46,419 bases of DNA, taken from the NCBI RefSeq assembly GCF_001194135.2, contig NC_068989.1, forward strand, positions 74,489,960-74,536,378, given 5' to 3'. The DNA comes from Octopus bimaculoides (Eukaryota). Positions 11,742 to 23,963 of this stretch are shown here, one piece after another. Numbering within the stretch: position 1 is the stretch's first letter; every line of letters begins with the position of its first letter. Under the pieces are notes generated by a model. That model was given only the letters and a program-made list of their open reading frames with translations, was not told where the DNA came from and did no database searches. A program made the position numbers and the translations under genes.

Positions 11742-12769
11742 AGTGTTAGCTTATCTGTGTATGGTTCATTCTGGTTAAAAATCTAAATGTCAGAGTAATA
11801 TATTTTATTCCCAAATATTTCTAATATTCAATGACCTTATTTTGTATTTCATTGCTTTTGGTGATTGTGCATACGATTATGTTTAGCGACCATATAACTG
11901 ATTGCCTGAGTAATTCGGTTATGGTTGTTGAAGAATCTGCGACTCATGTAGTAACCGTTGCACTCTTAACGTTCCCTATCTCTTTCAGTCGATTTTCATC
12001 ATATATGCATAAATATATCTGTGTTTACATGTGTATATATGTGTGTGTGCGCGCGCGCGTGAGTGTCGGGTGCGTGAAGGGTTTTATTCATTTTCTTATA
12101 GAGTGACTTGGAATACATGCTACCTAGAATTTTTTATTCTTATTATAGTATGGTCATTAATTAGATGGGTACAGTCCTCCAAAATATTTCTCATATTTCC
12201 ATTTACATTGAAGGATGCTTTCGGGGGGCCGATTTTTTCTGACTTGAATAGAGAATATTTTCAATGAATTTGAAGTGTTTGTTCTCGTTCATCTCATCAA
12301 TTATTGACCAGAACTTTCATTTTGTGGTGCATGATGAAAGTTGCTCATATATTTGATTTCACCGTTAGCGTACAAAGTTCAATTGTGGAATTTTTAAAAT
12401 TCGAAACTATTAAATCAGACACAGATGAATCATTACAATCAGTCAATGTTGGTGATGGCAAATTATCTAAAACACGTTTGTTATTTGTAGACTCTAGCTC
12501 ACCATGGATTTCTGCATAAGGTATCGCCCCAGTGTGCTGGAACGAGCAAGAGTATTTTGTGTGTGTATGTGTGTGAAGAACAAATAGTTCTTTATGCATG
12601 CAAATATTCCCTCTGTTAAGCACCGACGATGTCTAACGGAAAGTCGATGCCGATACATTTGCATCCTGGTATCGTTCAGACATTGCTGTCAAACGCAGAG
12701 ATGGAATAAATACCAAAAACAAACTCATCCAGTTCGCTAACGATTTTGACAATCTATCGTCCACGATTG

Positions 12770-12901
12770 ATACCTTTTAAACAAATACAACAGGATGAAA
12801 GTTAATGTTAGTCTCGACGGGAATTGAACATAAATAGCAGAGACAGAACAAATAGTTCGATCAGATCGGTGTTCTGACAACTCTGCCCATTGACCGCCTT
12901 A
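12770..12901 (-). mobile_element. Old SINE family A copy
   Basis: GGATGAAAG...GGAATTGAAC...CTCTGCC...CCGCCTTA pattern as in 1430-1627. Confidence 0.6.
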
Positions 12902-13082
12902 ATATTCGTACGCTACCTAATTTCTACTAAATCAATTGGTAGAATGATATATCAATCATTTTCTGGACTTAATAAATATGTTACAGTCTGTATAATTCCA
13001 TGTCATCGTGTAGCTGAAGCATTTTGCACATATGAAATAAATATAAGCAATGTTGGGCTTTGTAAAGATAGTGTAATCTTTA

Positions 13083-14502
13083 TGACGTCATAAAATAAAC
13101 GTCACAAATTATAAATGCTCCGTCTTCCTGTTCACTATAACCAGTAACGTTTAATTTTATAGATATATTGCAAATGAGTCGTGCAAATGTTTTGCTGCGC
13201 CCAGAAACGAAATAGTGAATGCATAACCTGGAAGAATGACGATTGCGAGGCGTTGAAAATCTATTCTATCTCGCGCGTCTCATTGCTGCGAATGTCAATT
13301 TCTATCCTAATCAAACCTAATTTTATTTTGCCAATATAGACTCGAGAAGAGACCTGTCGGGTGAAACAGCTTCAGTTTGCCACGGATTTTATCAGGTTAC
13401 CAGTTGAGAAAGCATCAATGTAGAACACATTTTAAAATAGAGTTGTAACGGTATATTTTACCAGTCCAACAGTATAACTCTACCAGCTGTAATTGCGACA
13501 AAATACCGATGGTATCCAAACTACAATTACCGTTATTTATTTAGGGCAGCACGCCGTTGGAAATTAGGAGTGTTCAAGCAGAATAGAAAGGATAGAGATC
13601 GGCCGCATCAAATGTAGACTTGCAAAGACATCTTAATCACTCCGAGATCCGAAGTCTAATTGTGAGTGAGCCGCCAATACGGCGACAGCCGTTATCCATC
13701 TAGCTGACGTTCATTCAGCCTTGATGGTATAGCATTCATTAATACGCCGATGTGGGAGACGGAGCGGTAACCCGCCACTCAATGTTCAGCAGAGCAGTCT
13801 GAGATTTATAGCATTGTTTGACGTCACATTTCAGCTAAACAGAAAGATATTCAGAGAATTAAGTCTGGGGTACAAGCGAGTCAGGTATATACATTAGTGT
13901 GTTCCGGCAGCCAGCTGTAGTTTCTGCAGGATTACGCAGAAATGTGTGAATGAGGAGAAAATAGGAGATCAGACCAAACAGATATGCTTTCAGTTCTAAA
14001 TTAACCGAAGATCGATAATGAAGCCGTCATATCTAATTGGCAGCTGACAACGTCCGATCTATATTCGGAAAACTTTACCTTATATATTTTCTCTACGTGG
14101 CTCTTCACCACAAAGGGCTTTTCAAGCTAGGTGAGACAGAATGCTTTGATTCTAGTATGGGACGTTGTGAACGTTATACAATAGTTTTTACATGGTAAAG
14201 ACATTCTTCAATAGACACACAGAGGAATGAATATCACGCAACAGTCTGCCCTTGAGCCTTTCAAGATTACCGTGCATGGATACGGGGTATCAATCGGAGA
14301 GCAGACGACAGGATCAGTGAACGAAGAATTTTGATGTCTCCATTCAGATTCATCTATGCATGACAAACTGCGCGCTTCTGGAAATAAACTATAACAACTG
14401 TTGTACGCAATGGATAATCTTCTAGAAATATTCAGTATTAACAAGAATTTAATATCATTATCCGTTGAATAGGTAGCGCCAATCGTATATTTTATGACGT
14501 CA
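13083..14502. promoter_or_regulatory. Putative CRE-rich enhancer or promoter region
   Basis: Perfect TGACGTCA at 13083-13090, 13819-13826 and 14495-14502, plus half sites, in visibly CpG-richer sequence lacking recognisable repeats. Confidence 0.35.
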
Positions 14503-14756
14503 TGCTGTGAAGGAATTGATAACACGTTGCTTTTACTCGGTTTGCATGACTTAAGCGAATTACGAGATTTTATTACTAACTGGAAGCAATCACTGTGAGT
14601 AGAATTTCTATGATGAGTGTGTATAAGTTTGTCATAAATTGTTCATTATCTATAATAAACTGCCTGTGCTTATGTGCGTGTCCTTGTCAATCTGTATGTT
14701 TCTGTGTATGTGTATGCATGCAATTATCTGTGCTACTGCATGTGACTTAGTGTCTG

Positions 14757-14758
<2 letters not shown>

Positions 14759-14820
<62 letters not shown>
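14759..14820. repeat. (TG)n(AG)n microsatellite
   Basis: Direct reading. Confidence 0.95.
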
Positions 14821-14821
<1 letters not shown>

Positions 14822-14952
14822 ATACCGACAGAGTGGGTTATAGTTCGTGTCACAATTTCGAATGTAAATAGTTACATAACCAAAATATTTGCTTTCAGTA
14901 CATCTGGTTGTTAAAACGTTTCGGGGAGAATTAGAGAGAGGGAGAGCGAGAA

Positions 14953-15097
14953 AGAAGAAGAAGAAGAAGAAGAAGAAGAAGAAGAAGAAGAAGAAGAAGA
15001 AGAAGAAGAAGAAGAAGAAGAAGAAGAAGAAGAAGAAGAAGAAGAAGAAGAAGAAGAAGAAGAAGAAGAAGAAGAAGAAGAAGAAGAAGAAGAAGAA
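14953..15097. repeat. (GAA)n microsatellite, about 48 units
   Basis: Direct reading. Confidence 0.97.
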
Positions 15098-15099
15098 AT

Positions 15100-15818
15100 G
15101 AAGATCTAGAAGTGAGAATGCATAGTCAATTTGAAGGAGACACACAGGAAATCAAAAGTTCTTGCTTAAGCAAAATTTGAAAACCTACCACTGAAAACCT
15201 TGCTACAAAACCTCTGAAATCCAGAAATGCAATCTTTGCGAAAAAAGAATCTAGAAAATGTAATCTATTTAGTAATGGTATATGAATATGAGAGCTTTCC
15301 GCAAGAAGATTACAAGCGCTGCCATGATAAAATGTGCTTGTACCTTCATTGCCTTTTATGTAGTAAATGCCAATAGGAAGTAATAGAGAAATGGTATAGC
15401 CATATGACCTGTTAAGAAATGAAGAAGAATAAGAAAGTAACCATATTTTGTGATTGCAATTTTCTGATAGAATAATTGAGTATCACATACCGAACATGGT
15501 GGTAGTGAACAAGAAAGTTGAAAAAAAATTACTAAATACTCTGAATTGAATGTGGAGATGGCAAGACGTTTTGGAATGCGAGAGGGTAACGCAAACAGGA
15601 CGCCAGGTGTAATCGAAACATTAGGGTAAACCCCACTGAAAATTGAAGACTTCTTAAAATAGTTGGGAATAACATACAAAATCGCTATCATGTACGAAAA
15701 CAGTCTTGCTAGGTACTGCGCTCATTTTAAGGAAAGTATTATATATATCTGAGGCATTTGTGACTTGACAGACGACTAAACACTCTGGTGCAAGCTTCTA
15801 TCTGAACTGCATGACAAA
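15100..15818 (+). mobile_element. R4/Dong-like LINE 3' fragment, decayed
   Basis: MHSQFE..., QKCNLC and KITKYSELNVEMAR remnants; collinear with 39670-40495; ends in (TAA)n. Confidence 0.75.
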
Positions 15819-15839
15819 GTAATAATAATAATAATGATA

Positions 15840-15925
<86 letters not shown>
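15819..15925. repeat. (TAA)n microsatellite (LINE tail and target)
   Basis: Direct reading. Confidence 0.95.
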
Positions 15926-15927
<2 letters not shown>

Positions 15928-16337
15928 AAAAACTGAGCAAATATAAAGATCTTGAAATAGAAATTAGCAAAATGTGGAATATGAAGACGAAAACAATACC
16001 TATTGTCATAGGTGCCCTGGGAATGACAGCGAAACGGGCTGATTACTACCTAGCTCAGATACCAGGAAACCCCAAAATGGCTGAAGTTCAAAAGATATTG
16101 TTCATGGGAACTGCCCATATCCTACGTAAAATACTGTCTATGTGATCTCAAATTTTAAAGCAAACACATAATTTTCTTATGGTTTCTTAAACAGTCACTA
16201 GAACAAAACTGTACAAATCCAAATATATGGTACCATAGGCATAACACCTACATGAACTTCTAACTTGTTGTCTCTTGAGGTCTCTGGGTGAGACTTGGAT
16301 CCAACTTGTACAAATGCAAAACAAAAGTCAAACATAA

Positions 16338-16368
<31 letters not shown>

Positions 16369-16369
16369 T
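15926..16369 (+). mobile_element. R4/Dong-like LINE, 5'-truncated, flanked by (TAA)n on both sides
   Basis: Uninterrupted RLE C-terminus QKLSKYKDLEIEISKMWNMKTKTIPIVIGALG...GTAHILRKILSM to the stop at 16145, then a 3' UTR and (TAA)n tail at 16339-16369. Confidence 0.9.
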
Positions 16370-16772
16370 ACAGACTAGAATCAGTAAACGAGCAAAAGGA
16401 AAATATATCTAGGAATATTTTGTGTCCTCAACAATGCGCCGATTTCCTGAGTCTGTAGTATCTTAGTCAAACAATATCCGATTTAGGCAGTTGCACTGAA
16501 TATTGATAATCTTTAAAGTTCTTAGAGAAACACAAGTATACGTCCTCTAGATAGGAAATGCAGTCTTTTTGATATTTTATCATGAACTTCGTTCTGACAT
16601 AACATTAATAAGCAAGTGCAAACCTACCTACGTACATGCATATTTACATACGTATGTTCGTGTGTACGTACACAACTGCATACATATACTAATAAATATC
16701 TACTGGGCTCCATGTAATCTACCGTGTCAAAAAATGTGCTTCCACACCATGGCCAGAGTCCAATGACTACAA

Positions 16773-16774
<2 letters not shown>

Positions 16775-16809
<35 letters not shown>

Positions 16810-16873
16810 TAATTATACTTACATACATATATATGTATGTATGTATGTATGTATATATGTATGTATGCGCATG

Positions 16874-16904
<31 letters not shown>

Positions 16905-17055
16905 GCATGTATGTATGCATATGTATGTATATATACATATATATATTTATACATATATACATACATACATGTAAATATACATATAACTATACGTATATAT
17001 ATATATATCTATATATATATATATATATATAAGCCTATACAAACACACACAAAAA

Positions 17056-17092
<37 letters not shown>

Positions 17093-17102
17093 NNNNNNNN
17101 NN

Positions 17103-17142
<40 letters not shown>
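16775..17142. repeat. Mixed (TA)/(TATG)/(CA) microsatellite tract
   Basis: Direct reading. Confidence 0.9.
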
Positions 17143-17144
<2 letters not shown>

Positions 17145-17166
17145 TATAACTTGCAGGTGCATGGCT

Positions 17167-17397
17167 CACTTCATTTCACGTTGCTCCAGTTCACTCAGCT
17201 GTAGAAATGAATTGTGAGATCACTGGTACCAAGGTTACCGGCCTTTACTTTTCCCTTGGTCAACATCTGAGGTGTGCAAGAGAGAGGCTGGTATTTATGG
17301 GCGACTGTTGGTCTTCTATAAACAATCTCGTCCGGACTTGTCTCTCGGAGGGGACATTCTATGTGCAAACTCATGATCATTCATCACTGAAAGCCTC
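17167..17397 (+). mobile_element. CORE-like SINE body without head
   Basis: CACTTCATTTCACGTTGCTCCAGTTCACTCAGCTGTAGAAATGA resembles the CORE domain and the segment at about 38610-38660. Confidence 0.55.
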
Positions 17398-17399
17398 AT

Positions 17400-19058
17400 T
17401 CTGTTACTGCCATCCTACCTATACTCTGTACTACTTCCTATTGCCCTATGCGTGCCACCATTCGTTCCAATTTCTCCAAAATACACACCCTCGACCGCCT
17501 TCTCCCTTTAGCTTATTACCTCTTTTTCTCCTCTCTTTCACCTTCCTCTACAGATTCCACTCTACGCTTCATAATCCATTTAAATAAATTTTTTCCAGGC
17601 TATATGCACTATTCCACAATAATCCACCCGCATCTAATGAAGCGGACTGCTTCACCGTCCTGAACCATCCCACTGGACGCCAACTCCTGGTCAGTTCCAA
17701 GCATCTGCCAACGTTTTGTGGACCGGTTTAACTTTCGCAGTTGTCCCCGACATCTCAATATGTCCCCGACTTTGGTGGTGTGGCACATGGACCTCTATAA
17801 GGCTGAAGCTCTCCGCCAATTTCAAGACACCTACTTCTATTGACCTCTGCCCTCCAACCCCACACCTAGCTACCAAAAGACTGTGACCTCCACTATTCAT
17901 GAACTCATCTCCTCCTCCCGCATTCCACGCATCCCCACCATTTAATTCACAAGCCCAGCAACCCTAGCCGCCCCATCGTCCCCGCTTGTAACTGCGCCCC
18001 GGAATCGGTCTCAAAATATCTCGACCGTGTCCTTGACCCACTAGTGGCTCCCCCCTTGAACACATCCACGACACTAACCATGCTCTCCGTATTTTCAACT
18101 CTTCCTTCTATCCTGGCCCTACTAAACTTCTCTTCACTCTTGATATCAAGAGTCTATATACCGCGATCCCACACAACGAAGGACTTCTTGCCCTCAAACA
18201 TTTCCTAGATCTTCGACCCAACCCAACCCAACACGTCCACACTTTTTCGCCTGGCCGAACTTGTTTTCTCCCTCAACTACTTCTCGTTCGCAGGGGATTT
18301 TTACCAATAAGTCTCGGGAGTGGCTACAGGAATGAGAATGGGCCCGAACTATGCGAGCCTATGCGTTGGTTACGTTGAGGCCCAAATATTTTCAAGATTC
18401 ACTGGTCTCACTCCTGTAATATACGGTCGATATATTGATGACTGTATCGGTGCGACCTCACTCTCTCGTGAACAACTAGACACCTTCATCTCTTTTGTTC
18501 AATCCTTCCATCCTGCCCTCGAATTCTCCTGCACTATTTCCAACACTTCCGTCGTCTTTCTCGACATTTCGGTCAGTATACACAACTCCGCTCTCATTAC
18601 CGCCATCCACTACAAACACACCCACTCACACTCATACCTCAACTGTTCCTCTTCTCACCCTATCCCAACCAAGATCTCCATCCCCAATATCTCCGTCTGC
18701 GCAGGCTCTGCAGAGGCAACCATGAATTTGAGACTCAATCTCAACTTATGGCACGTCACTTCTTCCTTCGTGGATATCTCCTCACCATTATCCACACAGC
18801 CCTTACCAGAGCAGGTTCTGTAGACGGTTCCTCTGCCCTCACTCCTCGCACCCGCTCCGCCGTTGCCCGTTTCCCGTTTCCCCTAGCCTACGCACCATAC
18901 ACCGAGCTTTCCGTCGACTGCAATCCGACCCCTCCACTTCGCATATCTTCCTCGACCTAACCCTTCCCTTCTTCAAACGAGCCCACAACCTATGTGACCT
19001 CCCGGTCCACAACTTCTTCGCTAACCCTCACCTCCTAACATGGCTCGTTCCCATGCCT
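17400..19058 (+). mobile_element. Penelope-like element (RT), decayed, 3'-truncated before GIY-YIG
   Basis: Frameshifted LVVWHMDLYKAEALRQ, HKPSNPSRPIVPAC, FTLDIKSLYTAIP, ATGMRMGPNYA, YGRYIDDCIG, FLDISV, HSHSYL..SSHP and KRAHNLCDL motifs. Confidence 0.9.
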
Positions 19059-19330
19059 ACGCATTGAACATTTTTTCTCTAAGAGGATAAAAAATGTATA
19101 AGTAGGTTGACATATAACAATTCGTATCACATAGGTGGAATCATGGCGCATCAGTTCTTTTTATCATTCATGCTACAGCAGTATATATCATTGATCCAAC
19201 ATTAAATCCTGACGGGGGTTCGAATGTTTGATAGGATAACGTGAAATTAAAGATAGCATGTATGCATTCCGATAAATTTGATATCTAAATACAAAATTTA
19301 TGCATACATGAATACATTAGATGTATTCAT

Positions 19331-19371
<41 letters not shown>

Positions 19372-20034
19372 NNNNNNNNNNNNNNNNNNNNNNNNNNNNN
19401 NNNNNNNNNNNNNNNNNNNNNNNNNNNNNNNNNNNNNNNNNNNNNNNNNNNNNNNNNNNNNNNNNNNNNNNNNNNNNNNNNNNNNNNNNNNNNNNNNNNN
19501 NNNNNNNNNNNNNNNNNNNNNNNNNNNNNNNNNNNNNNNNNNNNNNNNNNNNNNNNNNNNNNNNNNNNATATATATACTCTATGACAACATTTGCGTGGA
19601 AAAAGAAAGAAAATATTTCCATAGGAATATATTTACTAAAATTAAAAATTGTTATACAGAAAAATCCTATGGTTATTTTTTCGGCTCTCCATTGTGAAAG
19701 TCTCCGGTGAAGCTTGATGAGTTTCGTCTGGTTACTTCATAATATCCTGTTACCAAGACTATTCGACTATATAAAAGCAGGTGAACTGATAGCAATATAA
19801 GCAATAAAAACAATGCATTTCATATATATGAAACATGATATGCTTAAACAAACGAGCATTTTACTATATCTAAATATGTATGCAGTAATATTCAGTAAAA
19901 TTTGATTTGAAACAATAAGTTAAGATTCCTCGAATTCTAATTACCAGAATTCAATGGTCAAATCTACATTCATGTACCTTAAAATTGATTAGAGGTTGCA
20001 TTTCATTTTAGAAAAAAAAGTTCAAAATAGGCGC

Positions 20035-20190
20035 AAGGACGGCTGTGTGCAAACAAAGTTAGCTTCGCATTCACATAGCACGGGATCCAGCCCCATTGTG
20101 CGCGGCCCATGGAGGAAGTGGCTTTTACTATATTTTCAGACGGAGCGAAGTCCTGAGAATGAATTCTTAGAAAGACATTGTGTGGAGTCA
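20035..20190 (-). mobile_element. Possible mariner remnant
   Basis: HSQDFAPSE resembles YSPDLAPSD; a TIR-like TGTGCAAACAAAGTT lies at the left end. Weak. Confidence 0.25.
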
Positions 20191-20241
20191 CGTTTTATGC
20201 ATGTATGCGTACATACACACATACACACATACACACATATA

Positions 20242-20243
<2 letters not shown>

Positions 20244-20303
<60 letters not shown>

Positions 20304-20390
20304 TCCCAACTGCTTGAAAGCCGGTGTTGGTTTTTGTCATCATTATAGTTAAGCATTCGGAAAAAAAAACGTGTCATTGAATAGGAACTG
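20244..20390 (+). mobile_element. (GT)n plus CORE-type SINE family C middle fragment
   Basis: CCCAACTGCTTGAAAGCCGGTGTTGG matches 29140-29170 and 37960-37985. Confidence 0.55.
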
Positions 20391-20591
20391 CAAGTAGACA
20401 TTTCAAGGCGGAGCAAAGTTCGGAGCAAAGTACAACGCCTGTAACAAATGAAAAAATAAAAAGAGAAAAATTATGTGCCATTACCGGTTGTTTACATAAT
20501 ACGCACAAAATATTTTAGAGATTAAAATTTGAGTGACGTCATTAGTTTTCTAATGAGTATTTGCAACATATCTTTAATAAACATATATTAA

Positions 20592-20825
20592 CCCTCTAAA
20601 CTGCGAGTACGCTTTAGCAGAAACGATTACATTTGGTTATACATACTCCTGGCAAACACAAAGGCGGGCGGCAACAGGCATTTTTTTTTTAGACATAAAA
20701 TAAAGGCGTCTCTGCCAATTAGCGAATCGTAAACAGAAAGCTGTGTGGTCGCTCATTTTTGCCTCTTCAAAGTGTACAGTCAGCTGAAACCTTGCACACT
20801 AAATCGTATTCGCGGGTTCAGAGGA
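20592..20825. mobile_element. piggyBac-type MITE
   Basis: TTAA at 20588-20591 and 20826-20829; imperfect TIRs CCCTCTAAAC-TGCGAGTACG and TCCTCTGAACCCGCGAATACG (reverse complement). Confidence 0.6.
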
Positions 20826-21209
20826 TTAAAAGTATTATAATAGATATGTGCAAACAGTAAATAATGTTGGGGACCTCCGTTGAGTGTTCAGTTGTTCATT
20901 CGGTTAAAATACTTTTTCATTGAATTAGTTGAAATTATCAAGGAGCGTACCGCAGTGTATAACAAGGCTGTTACAAGTACAATACATATTGTACAATACA
21001 TAGAATCAAAACTATTGAAAAGGTTGCAAGACGCAAGGAAATTTTAGAAAAATAGAGAAGGAAACGAGTGGAAATTTTACCGGTAAGTGTGTTAAAATAT
21101 AAGGCACTAAAAGAGAATGACTCTCCCCAGACACAATACAATGCATATGTACTCTATATGTGTATTCGTTATACAATACATATGTATTCTGTCAATTCAG
21201 TATCACTCA

Positions 21210-21327
21210 CAAACCTTGGGCCGATCCGAACCTATGGTTAAATAAATTTGCCAAGCTACCATGTAATGCGATGGAAACTGGAACTTTATGATTGTCGAAA
21301 GAATTTCTCAACTATTTGGCCATGCTT
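21210..21327 (-). mobile_element. Old CORE-type SINE family C 5' part
   Basis: Degenerate head, CTTGGCAA core and CGGATCGGCCCAAGG on the minus strand. Confidence 0.5.
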
Positions 21328-22619
21328 CGTCCATATAATTAGAGTAAATCAACTGAATGTTAGAGATAATTTGATAGAATTTTTCAATAATTGATACGCA
21401 TTTAAATGTTCTTTATTTTATATTATGTGAACCATAGAGAGCTTATGACAATATATTGATTCAGAATACGTGGGAGTATAAAATCGTGTCGATAAATTAT
21501 TGATAGATTGTCTGAAGGTCGGGAGAGTTCGTATATTATCAACGCTGCTGATTGGTATCCATATTAATGATACAAAATAATACTTCCATGAGCACAGTTT
21601 GCTGAACAAACTGTTCTTCAGTTTAACTACCCATGCATATACTACATGAAGAATAATATTTCATGTTTTGCTGCAACACATAAGTTATGGTTTCTAACAC
21701 ATTAATAATTCTCGAAAACTAAACTTTGATTTAAAGGTTTAAGAAGTTGGTTTCGATCTATTCTGCTACTATAATTATACTTGAGATACACAAATATATT
21801 TGTATCACATATATAAATTTGCCGTAAGTAAATATTTGTTTCTGTGATGAATGCTGGAATCATGGGAACTTCTCAAGAAATGTTAATTAACTTCATGATA
21901 AAACTGTTTAAAGTTAGATTACTGACAAAATCTGTTATTTTTACCGAGCTATGTCCGTGCGTGTAAAATATAGCATTTTGTTGGACAAATGGTTTTAAAC
22001 GGATAGTAAAACTGGCTCATAACTACCATGAGATTTCTCTCACATCTCTCAAATCTGCAATTTTAAGGTTTCTTGTAATCTCTTTTGCAGAACCACTATC
22101 TCTACATTTCTATCTTTCATTCTTTCACCAGTTTTTCATTGTGATTCTAGGCCCTCAGGCATTCGGACTTAAGGTAGATTTAGTGCTTCAAGGCAAGCTA
22201 AAGACCTAGGATTTCTCAAAACAGTCTCTCGTAATAAAAGCTCTTGGCTTTTTCTATAGAAACACTGAAATATAGAAACATCGGGGATGCTCTTAAGTAA
22301 ATAATAGATTTAAATGTGTTTATATTACAATGGGTGTAATATATGAATAGGGTAAAATAATACCCTTCTAAATTGAATCTATAATTACTTACGACTGGAC
22401 TCTTAAAACTCTTATGCAACAAAGGGATTTACATTTAATACCACGACAATATGGAAACCATGATTAGCTTCTTGAACAAGATAGTGCTCTGCTGTATTAT
22501 TTGGAGATGCTGAAGTCTAGAACTATGCGACCATCTCTAGAAATATTCTACCACAAAGCAGCGATATGAGGACGGTAGAAGCATAAAAACAAATCACTAA
22601 AGAAAGAATGCATTGAGTA

Positions 22620-22865
22620 ATCTTTTATCCTTATCTTGTTTCAGTCATCGGATTGCACCCTGTTTGGGTAACACCGCATTAAATAGTTTTAGCCGAACAA
22701 ATAAACCCCAATAATTATTTTTTTTATGTCCGGTACATATTGTGTCGGTCCTTTTTATTTATATACTTATTTATTTATTTATTGCCAAACCGGACCTGCG
22801 TACACAAAGCAACATCGGTTGGCAAGTGGGGGAGGACAAACGTAGACACAAACACACTTACAGGC
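22620..22865 (-). mobile_element. CORE-type SINE family C 3' half
   Basis: Reverse complement matches 37925-38140 (CAACCGATGTTG, GGTTTGGCAA, ACTGAAACAAGATAAGGATAAAAGA tail). Confidence 0.7.
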
Positions 22866-22924
22866 GCGCGCAAAACACACACACGTGCAAACAATCATAC
22901 ATACATACATACATACATACATAC

Positions 22925-23888
22925 AAGGCAGTAGAAGCTTAACAGCGATGGAAAATGCCTTTGAATGTCGTATATCTCTTCTGCAACATCTTTTAACCAC
23001 CAGGTATCGAAGTGCATCCCTTGACCAAGTTTGCATACATGAGGCTGATAACATCATAAGACTTGGAAGGTAGCTCCTTGAGCAGCATTCCTTGTCTAAT
23101 AACCTTATACACATATCCAAAGAAGTCGCACGACTCTACCACAACGTATCATCAGATGAAAACATGGGCATATATGAGAAGAAGACAATGCTTAGGCATG
23201 TTAGTAGAAAACTCCGAGATGACAGTAACATTGATCATCAAAGCAGTGTCCCACTTTGAAGGGTATGCGTTTGCAAGCCAGGAACAAGAAATATGAACCA
23301 AATACCTCATGCACAAAAGGGATAGAGATGCAAGAAAAATTATAAAATGGGACATCTGATGCAGACTTTGTGGAGTTAACACCGAAAGTATCACGTACAT
23401 CATTAGCAGTTGTCCAAAAATGTCATCACGATATTACCTACCGATGAAACGTGATGTTGTAGCTAGGAGACTATAATGAAATCCGTCAGAAGGATAACCC
23501 CGAGGACAAAGAAGTAAGAACACACACTATAATGGAAGCCATAACCATTCATAGTAAAAAAAAAGAGTAGCGGTGGAATGTCGTAGTGAAAATCTCAATG
23601 AAATGTAATCACAATAGACCTGATGCAATAATTTGAGATAAGAGAAGAGAAACTGTGTACAGTTGAGGAAATTAGCTGCCCATCGGATATTAACATAAAG
23701 CTGAAGATCAGTGAAAAAGAGAATACCCACGCTGAACTACTGAGAAATCAGCAGTTAATCTATCCAGATTAAAAGATCAGGTTTATACCTGTAATTATTG
23801 GGGCACTAGGGTATGTTACACACTACCTAAATACAAATCTTGAGAAATTAGGCTTCTCAAAACCAGAAAGAAGAAATCTAATCCAAGA
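22925..23888 (+). mobile_element. RLE-type non-LTR retrotransposon fragment (R4/Dong-related, distinct subfamily)
   Basis: FECRISLLQHL, HEADNIIRLGR, CRLC, KCNHNRPD, EISCPSD and FIPVIIGALG motifs with stops and frameshifts. Confidence 0.8.
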
Positions 23889-23892
23889 TGCC

Positions 23893-23963
23893 GCATAGTA
23901 GGAATGAACATGAAACCATGTGGATACAAAGCGAGCTTCATAATCGCACAGTCACGCCTCCGC
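23893..23963 (-). mobile_element. SINE family C head fragment
   Basis: Reverse complement GCGGAGGCGTGACTGTGCGATTATGAAGCTCGCTT...CCACATGGTTTCATGTTCATTCC resembles 31355-31456. Confidence 0.55.

Noticed and set aside
12304-12623. Overlapping 71-aa and 92-aa ORFs in non-repetitive DNA
   Set aside because: No recognisable motif or consistent splice frame.
19768-19777. TATATAAAAG TATA-box match
   Set aside because: Common in AT-rich DNA; no supporting downstream exon.
21594-21621. Minus-strand CTGAAGA followed by a perfect 8-bp hairpin ACAGTTTG/CAAACTGT
   Set aside because: The hairpin is followed by GCTC, not GAAA, so the hammerhead core is incomplete.
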